This document shows, piece after piece, positions 1 through 14,020 of a DNA stretch of 64,000 nt. A model generated the notes under the pieces. The model did no database searches. It saw only the letters and a list, made by a program, of their open reading frames with translations, and was not told where the DNA came from. The DNA comes from Podarcis gaigeae. Lineage: Eukaryota. Position 1 is the first letter of the stretch; every line of letters starts with the position of its first letter. The position numbers and the translations under genes are program-made. The stretch is from the NCBI GenBank assembly GCA_964106915.2, contig OZ066915.1. One strand, given 5' to 3'.

Positions 1-2015
1 AAAGAATAATAGCATTTATATAGCATTTTAGGGTGTTCAAGGTGCTTAGTGAACTTCTTGTAATTTTACAAAAATACCTGTGAGGTATTATTGCATAACA
101 CAGGCGGGGTGGGGGCCTGAGGCTGAGAGAAGAACTTGCCTAAACCCTTTGTAAGGGTAGCCAGCATCGTGCCCTCCAGATGTTGTTGGACTCCCCTCCC
201 CATCGGTCTCAGCCATTGTGGGCAGTGGTCAAGAATTATGGGAGTTGTAGTCTACCAACACCTGTCTGAAGGACGGCATGCTGGCTACTCCACCCTAGTG
301 AGTTCATGGCGAAAAAAGATTCAAAATAGGGATTTTCTGATTCGTAACCTAGTCTATGATGTACCAGCTCTGAAATGCACACAATTCCTGTAGCTCAAGA
401 TACCCTACAGGATTTTAAAAGGTTTTAGTCCTTGTAACAGGCAGGCATGGTGAGTTTTCCTTCCTCTTTTAAAGCAGGGTGGAGTAGGTATGAGCCTTAG
501 GTGCCAAGTAATGGGCAGAGGAGATAGATGGCAGTTGACTATGTGTCCTTTCATGCTGCTGCCTGGGATGTGTGTATAAAGGGCAAGGCATCTCTGTGGT
601 TTGTTTGGTATGTCTCTGGTGAAATGAGAGGGTGGAGTTTCTGTAGAAGATTTTGTGAGCAGAGAGTACCCTGCTTATTATGGGTAAGGAAAGCAGCATC
701 CTTTTCCTTCTCTCTGGATTCCCTTTCTCATCTTTCTAGGCTGTATCAGAGATCCTATAGAATGAAGCCCAAATTTCGTAGAAATGAGTTTTTTTGGATA
801 GAGATGTTCCCAGGGTTTGCTTTGTTCTGTGGCGTTCCTCCCACGCTATATATCGACTAGTGACTCATCTTCCTTTACAGGATCGGTTGCAACAGCAACT
901 TGTTCGGGGAAATAAAAACAAAAAACCACTTCATTTTCTACTGAAAGAGACTTGTTTTAGCATTCAGCTTTATTTTGGAGTGTCTTCAAAATTGCGGGAA
1001 ATTTGCCACCCACAGAACAGACAGGGTTGCCACTAAAATTCAGCCTGTATGTCAGCTTGGCCTCTGGTCTTGAATTTCAGGGCTAAAGTTTCAGGATAGT
1101 TTGGGGCACTTAAAATTATATGTTGGCACCTTGGAATCTTGACACTTTTTACTAGCTGTGTATAGGCCTGTCTCTTTGGAATGTGAAATAGAGTAAACAA
1201 GGACAGCAAGAAATATAATGCATTCTGGTTTGGAAAGAAAAATAAAAAACACACACACCAAACCTGCTTCTACATTTTAGCTGCTTTCCCCCTGTCCTAC
1301 CCCCAGTTTTCTGCAAACTGATGGAATTATTGCTATCTGCCAGTTAAAGTTACAGAACTTTAACGGAAAGGATGGCAGCTATTATCATGACTTGCTGGAA
1401 GTCCACTTCGGAGATGACCCCTCTCCCTGTGGCCGTCCTGTAAGGTAGACTAGAGCAATATGATCTTCATCCATGTTGAAATTTTCAATTTTCCCCTGGC
1501 TATAAAACAGGGGAAGCACCTGCAGCTTCTGAAGGTCCTGGAGCAGCAGAAGGTCCTCTGCATCCACCTGGCATCCATGGACATTCTGCTGCATAAGGCT
1601 GTTTAATGTATTCCAGGGTCACTGTCCTTTCTCTGCATCAGGGATGGGGATCGTATGCCTCTCCAGATGCTGTGGACTCTAACTCCCACCATCCCCATCC
1701 CCTCTCTTGACATTAGCCATGCTAACTGGGTCTGATAGGAGTTGGGAGTCTGGCAGCCCCTGGAAGGCCACAGGTTCCCCATTCCTGCAGTTTTATGTAT
1801 CCATTTGTGGCTCATAAAATGTGATGGGGGTCTGTGAGAATTGTCCAAGCCCATTTCTAATCAATGTATGACTTGGCTCTCAGTATCAGTGTAATTCAGC
1901 GCTTTGTTTCTGTCTAAAACCCCTGGAAAGCCGCCACTGTGGAACAAGGTTGATTATATTAGATTAGGTGGACTATTGGTCTGAGTCTGTGCAAGGCAGT
2001 GTTTATATGCTCGTG

Positions 2016-2161
2016 CTGCTGCTGCTGCTGCGCCGCCAGAGCACGATTTCTGTTCTCATCCTGAAGCAAAGTGCTTAACCTGAAGCACTATTTCTGCGTT
2101 AACAGAGTCTGTAACCTGAAGCATATGTAACCTGAAGCGTATGTAACCCGAGGTACCACTG
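2016..2161. mobile_element. Tigger-like MITE family 1, truncated
   Basis: Right half only, ending AACCCGAGGTACCACTG|TA. Confidence 0.8.
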
Positions 2162-3974
2162 TACTGTGGAATTTGAGTCATTGTCATTCTATTGTGTTTT
2201 ATTGTGGGTTGGGGGAAAAACATTTTGATTATCAATATTTTCCTATTTCAGGTGTACTTATTAAAATGTCAATGAGCAGGATATTATCAGCAGGCTTGGG
2301 AACTGTCTGTCCTTGTAAGAATGGAGAGAGGAATTATTTGTCTGAAATATAAATGGTGCGATAAAGAGAGAACAAAAGTCCAACCAGATAAGACAGGGCA
2401 AAGACTGTTGTAGGTTTTTTAAAAAATCTACTTTGATGCATAATTCTAACCTAGAGTTGCTTTATGACATACAGTGACAGAGAATAGAAGCTGGACAAAC
2501 CTGGCTTGGGAATTCAGCATCTCTGGATGTTTTGGGTCAATTTGAGAATACTGGCCAGGTTCTCAGTTGAAAATACGTACCTGATAGTTGGGAAACCATG
2601 TCTTTTGCTATAATACAAGCTGTGCCATGTTCATTTTGAGCTTGAAATTTGTGTGTATTGATCATTATGATATATGTAGCTTAACCAGAGTTAACATTTA
2701 CTAACCCTGGAGTATTAGTTATGGTCAGACAAAAAAATCATAAATTATTTGACCTGAGAAACAGCAACGGTGCTGTTCCTTGTTAAAATTAAATAAATCC
2801 ATTAATGATTTCCATGTACAGAAAGTTTTCTGCTTATACAGTGGTTGATATCTGGAAGGCTTCCAGAGCTAAATAAAAATATGGTAAAAGGTTAGTCCCC
2901 CATTTCAGTAGCAAAAAACAGAAAACTTTCAAGAAGTGATAAATAGACACACACACACACACACACCACATTACTGATCTTTCCCTGTTTTGTATGCAGA
3001 TTTATATATTTCTGTGTCGTTCATGTTCTCTATAATGAGAAAGGACCAATTGCAGGGGTGGGGAACCTCCAGCCCATGGGCCAGTGTTGGTTTACCAGGT
3101 GGTCCAATTTGGCCTGTGAGGCCATTTCCCCAAACTTCAACTGGCTGGTGTTATCTGATGGGTGGGGAAGGGAGATTTCATGTTGCCTGGTGTTTCTTTG
3201 CCAGCCGCATTAAATGTGCATTAAATGTCATAATGACACCAGATGCTTAGCAGGCAGATGACTGTGCCCATCTGTCTAAGTTGACCTGTAGGGTAAGGGA
3301 AGAGAAAATCTGGCACGCTGGGCCAAAAATCTGCCCCATTCTTGCCCTGTTGCAAGAAGGCAGCATTGTTTTTATGGCATCTGTCAACTGGATGAGGTGA
3401 TCTGTTTGCCTGGATTGCTGTCTGGAGAATACAGTGGTCCCTGATAATACAAAAGCTGGTCATCCTTGGTTCTGAACTTATGGTCTTGTCTCATAAAGAT
3501 AATTTAAGATTTAATCCATCAAGTAATGTGTTTTGAGAAGTTCCACTTTCTCTGATTGTGGTTTTTGGGGTCCTGGTTTTATAACCACATAGGATAGTAA
3601 GTGATAGAAAAAGTAGCTGAAATGATTAATACCATAGGTGTTGTGTTGGCTGAGTTTTTAGATGTGTGATGTTTGACTAAAGTGGCTGTCTCTCGGGGAT
3701 AAGATCAAAGGAGGGAACTATCCAAAGAAATTGAAGGGCTTCAAACGAGGAAGAGCTCGTGTTTTTGAGCTTTCCATACTTGTTTTCTTTGACTTGCATA
3801 TGAACTCAAATTTAACACTTTTTGAGCGACTGTAAACCCATTGACTTAATACATGATTATGAGAGTTCATGACTTCAGTTGTTTATTTGCAGTGTTGTTC
3901 AAACCAGTAGCATACTGCCTGTTTCAGCAAACACTGAAACTTGTTCATATCACAGATGAGCACAGGCAGGTAGG

Positions 3975-4137
3975 AGAGGGGCTAGATGCAAATGCTTTGC
4001 ATGCAGATGGTCCCAGATGGTCCCAGGTTCAACCCCCATAAATTCCAGTTTAAAATACATCAGGTAGCAGGTGCTGGGAAAGACTCCATGTCTGAGGTCC
4101 CAGAGAGCCTGGTATAAGCAGTTTCTTAGGTTCCTAT
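3975..4137 (+). mobile_element. Degenerate Squam3-like SINE
   Basis: tgctttgcatgcaga..ggtcccaggttcaacccc and tail gcagtttcttaggttccta. Confidence 0.5.
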
Positions 4138-5262
4138 CTACAAAACATTCAAATTTAACCAGTGCTTAAAGTCATCATGCAGTGTACATTCCTTGACCTT
4201 CTTTGAACAAGTTCTGAATCTAGAACTAAAACAACAGCGAAAGAAACCACTGCTGTCATTCTCTGCTCTTAGATAGGCTTTCATTAGTATTTGTCTGAAT
4301 TTACTGTGATGTTGCTGCTGTTTTTAAAGCCAGTTTGCACTCTGCTTTTCTTTGAATTTTAGTGCAGCTTTGGTGTTGCCTGCTTGATATCAGTTGTCAA
4401 GCTGTCATAGGGAATTCTCAAGCTCCTTATTAGCTTAGGAGAGGGGTGGGAAACCTGTGGCCTTCCAGATGTTGTTGTTGGACACTAACAGTAATATCAG
4501 CCCCAGCCAGCATTGGCTCCAACCAGCATAGCCTATGGTCCGGGATGTTGGGAGTTGCATTCCAGCAACATCTGGAGCGCCACAGGTTCCCCAAACCCGG
4601 CTTAGAAGTCCCATAAGATAGAAGATATGGGGACCATTGCTCTAATCCAGTGAGGGTGATGAACATCCATGAGTGCAGTTTTTATCCTTGGCTTCCTTCT
4701 CTTTGCCAGATTGCTATCCATCACCTGAGGTTGGGTGCTCAGTGCCCGTTGTTGGGTTGCGACTCTGTATACAGTGGCTATCAGGATTCCTTTGTGACTA
4801 TGTAAGCCATTGCACTTAAGATGAAAGCATGGGTGGATACCTTGCTTTTAAGCGAGTGCCCTGAAGGTAAAAGGGCTGATGGGTGCAGCCCACTAACCTT
4901 CCGCAAATTTGAGCTAATATGTTGGAAGCCCTCGGCCTTGTGAGGTTTAGAGCAGCTGGCTCCCTTTGTCTCCCCTGTCTCCATCCCTAGGGTAAGTGTG
5001 ACTGGTGCCAGTGCCCTTCTTCCCCAGCCAAAACTGTCAGTGTTGTCAGACGCTACCATTGTTCTGGTGCATGCACGCCTTAATCTGTTGCTGCACATGA
5101 TCTTTTGATCAGGGTTTTTGTGTTCCAGTGATATCCCACAGAAATGAGAGAATGCACTATTTAGATGAACGAATACATAGTACCCTTCATAAGCCTCTAA
5201 TGGTAAGCGTAATACAGAAACCCTAATGAAATAAATGCCTAATCTTTATTTCTTTGTTCTAG

Positions 5263-5357
5263 AGCTTTCCCGTCTTGAATAACAACACTAGCTCAGATTG
5301 GAAGCTGCCAAGAGGCTCACTGCATCTCTTCTCCAAAAAAAATTCAAATGGACATAG
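5263..5357 (+). other. Candidate upstream VDR 5' exon ending in ATG GAC ATA G (phase 1)
   Basis: Branch-like cctaat, pyrimidine tract ctttatttctttgttctAG, 95-nt body and donor AG|GTAAGA. The ATG at 5348 would be in frame with both 30235 and 34439. Splice-signal evidence only. Confidence 0.4.
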
Positions 5358-6466
5358 GTAAGAAGCTTGTTGGTTATGTTCTTTTTTATTATTCCAGTAG
5401 ACTTATACAGTATTGTTGTAGTTTCTAAAACACTTCTAGGTTTCCCTACCAAAGGTCTTCTTTCTTTAACATGGCAGCCTCAATTTTTTGTTCTGCTTTG
5501 GGCTTTTTCATACAACTCTGTAAAATTGTGTAATCCATGTAATGTTCCTTAATCTAGGCAGAGGAATACGAAGGAATGCTTGTGTGATTTGGCTGTAGCC
5601 TTTTTAGTATTGATGGATCAAAGTGATATTTAGGGCATGTGTTCTTTGGCTTCAAACTGGTATAAGAAAATGAATGTCTTATAAACAGATAGGTTGTATT
5701 TTTTTTGAATAACATGTTTGTGTTTTATTCGTCTATGTGTCTTTCCACTGATTGTCTCTGAGGCAGCTCACATAAGGACAATTCATAAGCATCAAATCTC
5801 TCTGTCTTATATCCCTTTGAGACGGTTTACTAGTTAGCTCTCATGGTTTGTGTTCAGTATTTATTTTTCAATTTTACATAAGCAACTCATGGATCTGGGA
5901 ATTAAAATAAAGCACTTCCCATTGCCCCTTAGCAGTCAGCTGTAAGGCCCAAGGATTTATAAGTTTTCTGTCACAATTTTATTCCACCCTTCTTTCAAGG
6001 AACTTTCAAGGATATGGGATTATTTGGTTGTTTTCAGGTTAAGTGGAGACATATAGGATTCATTACTGAGTGAGAATTGAATTTGGGATTCCTATTTTCA
6101 AACCCATTGCTTTTATCAATGTGACATCAGTTGAGGCTGTGACATACAAGTCTCTTGTGCCTAGAAACCAGGCAAGCCTCCCTGGAGGAAAAGTCCACAA
6201 CTGTGACACCACAGCCCCCCAAAAGCCCTCTCTTGGCTCAGTTCCTGCCTCATCTCATCTGATAGGGGTTTCTGGCAGAGGGCCTCAGATAGGTTGATGT
6301 GGGTGAAAACAGTCCCTTGACAGTATTTGGATCCCAAACTGTAGGGCTTTAAAGGCTGGCACAAACACTTTGAAGGGTGCTCAGAAATGGGTTGGATGCC
6401 AGTGAAGCTTTATTTTGGTTATATAACTTCCCAATGATTAAAGTCTATTGGGTGCATTCTGTACTA

Positions 6467-6632
6467 CCGTATTTTTCCGTGTATAAGACTAGGTTTCCCC
6501 CCTAAAAAATAATGTCAAAAATTAGGGTGTGTCTTATACACGGATACATCTCCCCTCATTTTCTTAAATCTGAGTCCCCCAAAATAGGGGGTGTCTTATA
6601 CATGGGGGCATCTTATAGACGGAAAAATATGG
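6467..6632. mobile_element. Tc1/mariner (Tc2-like) MITE
   Basis: TA|CCGTATTTTTCCGTGTATAAGAC...TCTTATAGACGGAAAAATATGG|TA. Confidence 0.8.
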
Positions 6633-6710
6633 TAACTTAAGCTTTTGAGCAGCCTTCAAGGGTAGGCATACATACAATGCATTGCAGCCGTCTGTTCTGT
6701 TAATTATTGG

Positions 6711-6712
<2 letters not shown>

Positions 6713-6766
<54 letters not shown>

Positions 6767-7090
6767 TTATTATTTATACCCCGCCCATCTGGCCAAGTTT
6801 CCCCAGCCACTCTGGGCGGCTTCCAATCAAGTGTTAAAAACAATACAGCGTTACATATTAAAAACCCTGAACAGGGCTGCCTTAAGATGTCTTCTGAATG
6901 TCAGGTAATTGTTTATCTCTTTGACATCTGATGGGAGGGCGTTCCACAGGGCGGGCGCCACTACCGAGACAGCCCTCTGTCTGGTTCCCTGTAGCCTCAC
7001 TTCTCGCAATGAGGGAACCGCCAGAAGGCCCTCGGCGCTGGATCTCAGTGTCCGGGCTGAACGATGGGGGTGGAGACGCTCCTTCAGGAT
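6713..7090 (-). mobile_element. L2-clade LINE 3' fragment with (AAT)18 tail
   Basis: Minus ORF contains RAVSVVAPALWNALPSDVKEINNYLTFRRHLKAALF, typical of the L2 ORF2 C-terminus. Microsatellite at 6713-6766. Confidence 0.8.
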
Positions 7091-7999
7091 ATGAACACCT
7101 GTGTCCAGCCATCTCTGTGGAGGAGGGATTACAGCTGGCATATCAGGCTGAACTGGTGAAAAGGTGCTTTGCGCCATTGATGCCATTTGTGTTTCTGGCA
7201 GCAAATCTAGATTAAGGAGTAACTTCAAACTGAGGAGCTGATGCTTTTGGTTTGGGGGTTACAGTTCCATTCAGAACAGTTTGGACACCATCTTCCTTAT
7301 AGAACTCATAATTACAAATTTCACTGGGCAGTTTGCACCACTGTCTTAGTTGTCCTATTAATAATTGTGTAGGTCTGTTGGCTGTCACAAAAACAGCAGC
7401 ACCCTCAAGTTATTCCATGTGCAGAATCTTCACATTCTAAACATTTTATTGGTATGTTTCTGCACCTTATCTATCTGCATACTGGCTAGTATTGCTCCTT
7501 TCCTGGCACTCATTCATCCTGGGACTATAAATGCGCAAACCTTTTTTATCTGTTAAGAACTAAAAATAGCATACTTGTAGTTTGGACTGTAATTATTCTT
7601 TTTTCAATTGCTCACATGGGATAAGATTTATTTTTATAGTATATAATCTGTCTTCCTTTAAAAAAAAAGTTCACAATTTTGCACTCATTTCACTGTTGGT
7701 AGTAGAATACAATCACTGAATAGGCCTTGAACCCAAATCATTTTTTTTGCTGTGTGTAACATAGCCTTGGACAAAGGACTTCATGTGTCTCTTTGGGACC
7801 CCACCTCCCCTGCCCCATGCTTATGTGTCAGTCTTGGGAGTTTCTAGTTATATAACAGTAATTCTCAGTGTTTGGATTGTTTGTCAGTGAGTCCTTGGAT
7901 GCTAACAAATACTAGCAAATTTTCACTTGTCTTTCCCACAACTGCAAAAGCTTATTTTAGTAGCTGCAATCTTTCCTTCCCCAAAGTTACACATGGGTA

Positions 8000-8239
8000 C
8001 ACTGGTACCTCGGGTTAAGAACTTAATTCATTCCAGAGGTCCGTTCTTGACCTGAAACTGTTCTTAACCTGAAGCACCACTTTAGCTAATGGGGCCTCCT
8101 GCTGCCGCTGCGCCACCGCTGCACGATTTCAGTTCTTATCCTGAAGCAAAGTTCTTAACCCGAGGTAATATTTCTGGGTCAGCCGAGTCTAACCTGAAGC
8201 GTATGTAACCTGAAGTGTATGCAACCCGAGGTACCACTG
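8000..8239. mobile_element. Tigger-like MITE family 1
   Basis: TA-flanked, TIR CA(G)TGGTACCTCGGGTT, internal AACCTGAAG repeats. Confidence 0.88.
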
Positions 8240-11200
8240 TAATGGATTTCATTTGCTTTTAAAGGGGCAGGCAAATTTTCTCCAGATTGTGTTATCAGAA
8301 GAGGCAATGAAGGGGCACACAGGTTGCAAATAATGGCTTTTGGGTTTGAGTGTCACCCACCCCTTTTAGGTACAGGTTTTATAGCTGATAATACAGAAAA
8401 AAATATTATTACGTAAACAAACTTTAACATTACTTTTCAAAGAGGAAAGTGAAAAAGCATGCTAATAGAAGCTGTCAGAGCAATCCCATACAAACCTGAA
8501 TAAAAAAATTGTGCTGGCATTGCAAGCTGCTTTACAAAAGACACAGTGCACAAAAGTCATAAACTTGCATGTGTAATTTTTTGGGGGGATGTGTGTGTGA
8601 ATACTATACTAGAATTTACGTTTCACGCAAGGCAAGTTTGTCAAATTCCCACCCAAATTTTGCTGCAAAATCAATTTCTCTTCAAATATCCTGTTCATCA
8701 TCCTCTGCTCTCCCCCCCCCCCCCACTGAATTAAAAATGAACAGGGTTCACATCACAGTACCCTTCAGGTGGGGAGAGGGTGGGGGATCCTTGCTATGAG
8801 ATGAGATGGCCAGCAGGTGGTGTGTCTTTGTTTTTACTTGCTTAAACCAATAAGCATTTGGCAGCCTTAGGGTTGAGGCCATGGTTCAGGGCATGTAAGA
8901 GTCCTCCTGGACTTGCATCGTTGCCCCTTAGCTGCTGGTATCCAGTAGCATGCTGCCTGCAAGTCCATGCAGGCATCAGGCATAATTAGTAGCCCTCTTC
9001 CATGAATTTTGCTCTTTTAAAGATATCTGCATGAGTGGCTATCACTCCATGCATTATGGACTGTGTTGTTCCTTGTGTGATTATCAATAGTCTGTTTGCA
9101 TGAAAAGCCAACTATATGGCCCCTTAAGATTTTCTGGGCATTCTTTAAGATTTCTGTGCACCACTATCATATCTTATGCGCAGTCTACCTTGAGATGAAA
9201 ATATGTTTGAAGAAATATGAGGCTAAGGCCCAAACTACATGTTACATATAGTTGTGTGTAAGTTAAAAATAATAACTAATAGCAGTAATGGAAAACAGCT
9301 GAAGGGGAAAGAGTGGAGAATGCAGCCGAAGCAGAAAGAGTTAACTTAGTTAAGTACACCCTCATACTTGCTGGTACTCTGCTCAAGATTGCAGCCTCCA
9401 GCAGCCACTTTTGGTTAAAAAAACAAATAACAAGAAGGGGAGGAACTGTGTGCATTTTAAACTCCACCACCACACTTTCCAATAAACCTTTGCAGTAGCA
9501 GATAGGATAATTGAGCAGTTTAGACCCCAGTGTGTTGCATATACCGAACAAGCGTAGCGCCAAGAAAATACATGCAAAGCCAAATAGCTTAAGCTGACTT
9601 GTGCAATGAGCCAAACCACATGCTACAGGGGAAAGCAAAAAGAAAAGCAAAATCCCTTCAAGGTCCCTAACCTATCTGACCTTGGGGAAAGTAAGTCTTT
9701 CTTGATTGGATATGGCAGTCATTCAGACCCCAGAGGAAGGAAGGAAAAAACATTTAAAACTCACGTAAAGGGGAAACTCCAGTGTTCCACAACTAAGGCC
9801 ATATCCTGTAAGGCTATTGATCAGAAGTAATCAGCCGTGTATGATCATAGCCAGATGAGCCGAAAGAATATGCAGATATACACTTGACAATCTATTGGAG
9901 CCTGGTGGTGGTGGTTGTTACTTTTTATGTTTTTGAGTTTCTCAGGATTTGAACAGGAATCTCTAGTACTGCAATGTGTGTTCACAGCTTGGAAACTTTG
10001 GAGATGATTAGTAACAGTTTTAGTAGTGAAGATGTAGCCCATTGAGTCTCTTAGCTTGATACTATTTGCATTACTGAAGCTAAAGATGAGAAGATGAATA
10101 AGTAAACTAACTTCTCATGTTGGCAAGTGATTAAGCATAAAAAGGAAAACAAATTATATTGCAAAATGAACTTGTTCAAACTGGTTTTAGCGTGGCGTGC
10201 AATTTTCAGTGAGTGACTAATGCATTTTGTAAGGATTTGTTCAATGCTTTCTTTTGCAAAATGTTGACAGCTGATATGAAGCTAAATAGGTGTTTGTAGT
10301 ACATCTGTACTGGATCAGGCACACAGGAGCGTTGGTGGGTTCTAGCCATTGTATTGTGAGAGCTGCAATACAGTGCGCACTTACCTGAAAGTAAACCCCA
10401 CTGAACTCTGTGGAATTTAATTCTGAGTAAACACAGTTGGGATCTGCACACTTTTTGAAGGGTGGGTTGGCAAAGGCATATAGAAACTCGTTATGGTGAA
10501 TGAAGTCACATGCTTTTCAAGCATTAGGGCTGAAAGGACTTCCTTACTATGTTTGGAAGTTATGTATGTGTGTATAATATACTTTTTCAGAACTTTTTCA
10601 GAATTCTGGTCAACTTACCACTGACAAACTGCAAAATATGCAGGTGCTATGGGTGCATTTATTCATGAAGAGTGGCAGCCCTCTTCTTACTGAGTGGAGG
10701 AATAAAACTCCTGGGATTCTTTTCTCCTTGGAAGGCATTGAGTATAATATAATCAGTTTAACTTCCTCAGAGTTATCGGTACTGCTAGAAAAGGAGCTTG
10801 CAATTGGAAGCTGGTGCATTCTGGCTGTGCCTGTGAGTCATGTGACTGCAGGGTCTAAATTGTCTGTTCACTAGTTGGATCAACCAGTCACTCGCTGAAA
10901 GCACAGACCCTGGGAGCTAGGATCTCCTCTAGCCTAGGTGCTGTGAGCAAACAAGTACTACAGGTAAATATTCTGTATCATTTTTGCCTTGCTGATTTAA
11001 TATTTAGATTAGTTTCCTGCCTTTCTAAATGCTTTAAAGTTTAGCAAAAACTCGGCTGACTTTTCTTGTTAGTGTGCTCAGGTTTTTGGTCTCTGGCAAA
11101 AAGCAGTAATCCTTATAAGACATTTTTAAAAGTAAAGCATCACTAATCATTTGTAATGTAATAGATTTAGCAATTAATTTCACCCTTTCTCTCTATATGG

Positions 11201-12130
11201 ATGTTAATTAACTTGTCTTTTTTAAAATCTTTGATATAATAATTAGGTATAAACACTTCTCTCTTAAAAAAAGGGAAAAAACCCTGCTTCTTTTGATCAG
11301 GCAGGACAACTTGTTTCAGTAAAATGAACTGTAGGATGATAAATCTCTTGTCAGCAAAGATGTGCAGTATCCTGAGAGCTGTGATACAGCACAAAGTTTT
11401 TAACACTTTAGTTAGCTTGTTATGGTCTTTTCTGAGTTGATTTTCTAGGGGAAAGTTAACCTTTTGTGTAGTTAAATTAAGAAGTCAGCTCTTTACTACC
11501 AATTTGAATTAATTTTTAAGGCTTTTCGAAGCAAGAAAATGTTACTTGCATGTCATGCCAGATCCAGCTTATGTGACCCCAGTATGAGGGGGAATGCTGA
11601 AAGTGAGCTGACGCTCTTCTAAGAAATTCCCAACAGATGTGAAGCACTTGCCTTTATAAGTAGGTCAGAAATCTTATGCATGTGTTTTGGGAGAGTGGCT
11701 GAATTTTGCAGGTTCTGAGCCAACAGTATACAGAATTACACGCGTCTTCAGCCGTGATTGTTCTGCTGGCTTCAGTGAGGATTCCCCCCCTTTCCCCAAA
11801 TATTGTCCATTAGAGGGCAAGGCTTTTGGGTGTAGATAAAAGCACTGTTTTAACGCTTCTAAAAGAGTGTTTCTCACACACATGATTCAATAGAACTTAC
11901 TAATGGGAAACTTTTATATTAGAATAGGCAAATCAGATTTTATTATGACAATTTCAGTATTTATGCATTGTTAAAACTGATCTGTGCGCAATAATTTAAT
12001 TCAAAGCTCGTAATGATGGCTTTTTTGCAGGAAGTTTGGAGTGATGTGCATAGTCTAACCAGAAAGCTGTAGATGATACATGTGAATGATAAAATGTTTT
12101 GAATAAAGAAAGTAATTCCATCTCAAAACT

Positions 12131-12263
12131 GGGATAACTCAGTTGGTTGAGATTAAGACTCTTAATCTCAGGGTTGTAGGTCTGAGCCCCACATTGGGCA
12201 AAATATTCCTGCATTTCAGGGGGTTGGACTAGATGGCCCTCCTGGTTCTTTCCAACTCAATGA
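12131..12263 (+). mobile_element. tRNA(Lys)-derived SINE with CR1-like 3' tail
   Basis: taactcagttggt..gactcttaatctcagggttgt..gagccccacattgggc resembles tRNA-Lys, and is followed by gggttggactagatg..ttccaactc, a CR1-like end. Confidence 0.65.
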
Positions 12264-12359
12264 CAACATCCATCCAAGACTGTCCCTGTAGTATTCTATA
12301 TTGCACTTTAGAGATTGACTTTAAGTCTGAAATACTATTGAGCACAACTAGCAAAGCTA

Positions 12360-12618
12360 CCGTATTTTTTGCTCTATAAGACGCACCAGACCACAAGACG
12401 CACCTAGTTTTTGGAGGAGGAAAACAAGAAAAAAAATATTCTGAATCTCAGAAGCCAGAACAGCAAGAGGGATAGCTGCGCGGTGAAAGCAGCAATCCCT
12501 CTTGCTGTTCTGGCTTATGGGATAGCTGCGCAGCCTGCATTCACTCCATAAGACGCACACACATTTCCCCTTACTTTTTAGGAGGGAAAAAGTGAGTCTT
12601 ATAGAGCAAAAAATACGG
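12360..12618. mobile_element. Tc1/mariner (Tc2-like) MITE
   Basis: TA|CCGTATTTTTTGCTCTATAAGAC...GTCTTATAGAGCAAAAAATACGG|TA. Confidence 0.85.
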
Positions 12619-14020
12619 TATATGTTCATAGGCATAATTACGGTAAAGTGTGCTGCTGGACAAGAGGAGAGCTGGAGATTTGGTTTATATGGGCACCAGT
12701 TGGATTTGTTATACAGTTCCTAGATTTCCAGAGCACTTTATAAATAGTAATATTTTTTATTAATGCTGCTGTACACAATGCCAGCCACAAATCCGGCTTT
12801 GTATAGGACTAATCCCTCTCCTAGAGGACTTGCAATCTAAAGGCCTTTTCACACATGATGACTTTTCTATGCATATATCATGTTAGCATTGTGGGATGGG
12901 AACATGTATGTGTGACAAATACATGTATACCTGTTTTGCTCTAAAAGGGGGGGGGCAGTTTTTGATTGAATTTTCCAAGGATTGCTGAGAGAGTTAATCA
13001 GCAGCAGACAACTTAAGAGTGTGAGGTGCTGGCATGATTCAGGAAAAAAATGTGATATCTAACATTCATATGTGTGTGCATGGAGTGGTATGAATGATGT
13101 GATTGCACTGGTGGCTTGGATAGAACAGAAGAGGCTGTTCCAGGTGTAGCAAGAATAACAACGGAAGATATGAAGGTGAAAATTAGAGTAGTCAATTCAG
13201 GTGGCTATTGGGTAAGGGGCTGAGAGCCTTGAATGTTAGATACAACACACAAAAACAGACAGACAACAACCTTTCAACTTGAAGCAGATGCAGAAAGTAA
13301 AGGGTGTCATTCAACAAATAAGGGATACCATGAAAGCAGTAAGAGACAAAAATAGAATTATCCATCCCCTCCCTTGGATAGTAGGCCAGGTTGTTAACAA
13401 ATCCTTTCTAGTGGCTCAAATCCTCTGGGAGTTCCCACTACTCAGGGAAAGGAACCCTATCTCCATGCCCTGCAGGAGGACACTGTGCTTACCCAGCCAA
13501 GATTTACATGTGTAGCTGACTTGCCTAAGTCATACACTTTAAGCGCTTGTCTGGAGACAGACAAGAGTTGAAAATCATATGATGATGGCTTTGTTTTCCA
13601 TAATGTACAGTACACTACTTTTTTGTCACACTGCCATGGCTTAGTTACACGGGGTATACAGTATATGCTTTGAAATTATGCAAAACCCTGACTATCAGGG
13701 TAGAGTTGATTGGAGCAGCCTGCATTTAAATCCTATCTGAAGAGTTTGGAGATGTGACACTTTTTAAGATGAAAAGGGATGCCACAAGTTAGCTGAAACA
13801 TTCCACCTCCCATAGTGTGCCCCCCTACAGCCCATCATCTCTCAAAGTCATTTTCCTTCCCAGCTGTGCTGTGATACCAGAATAGAGCCTTGCTTGGAGA
13901 AAAGTTCCTTGAAGGGATGAGCTGGGTAAGCTAAGGTATGGGACCATGGAACAGTTCAGCTTATCTTACCTGAATATTCATTTTTCTCTTAAAGTTGGAC
14001 CTTCACTACAATAGAGTGGA

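Noticed and set aside
440-900. Isolated splice-like signals (ATG|GTGAGT near 450, ctttacAG near 880)
   Set aside because: No paired site or homology to define an exon.
12131-12200. tRNA-Lys gene
   Set aside because: Degenerate stems and B box, and it runs into a LINE-like tail; it is a SINE head.
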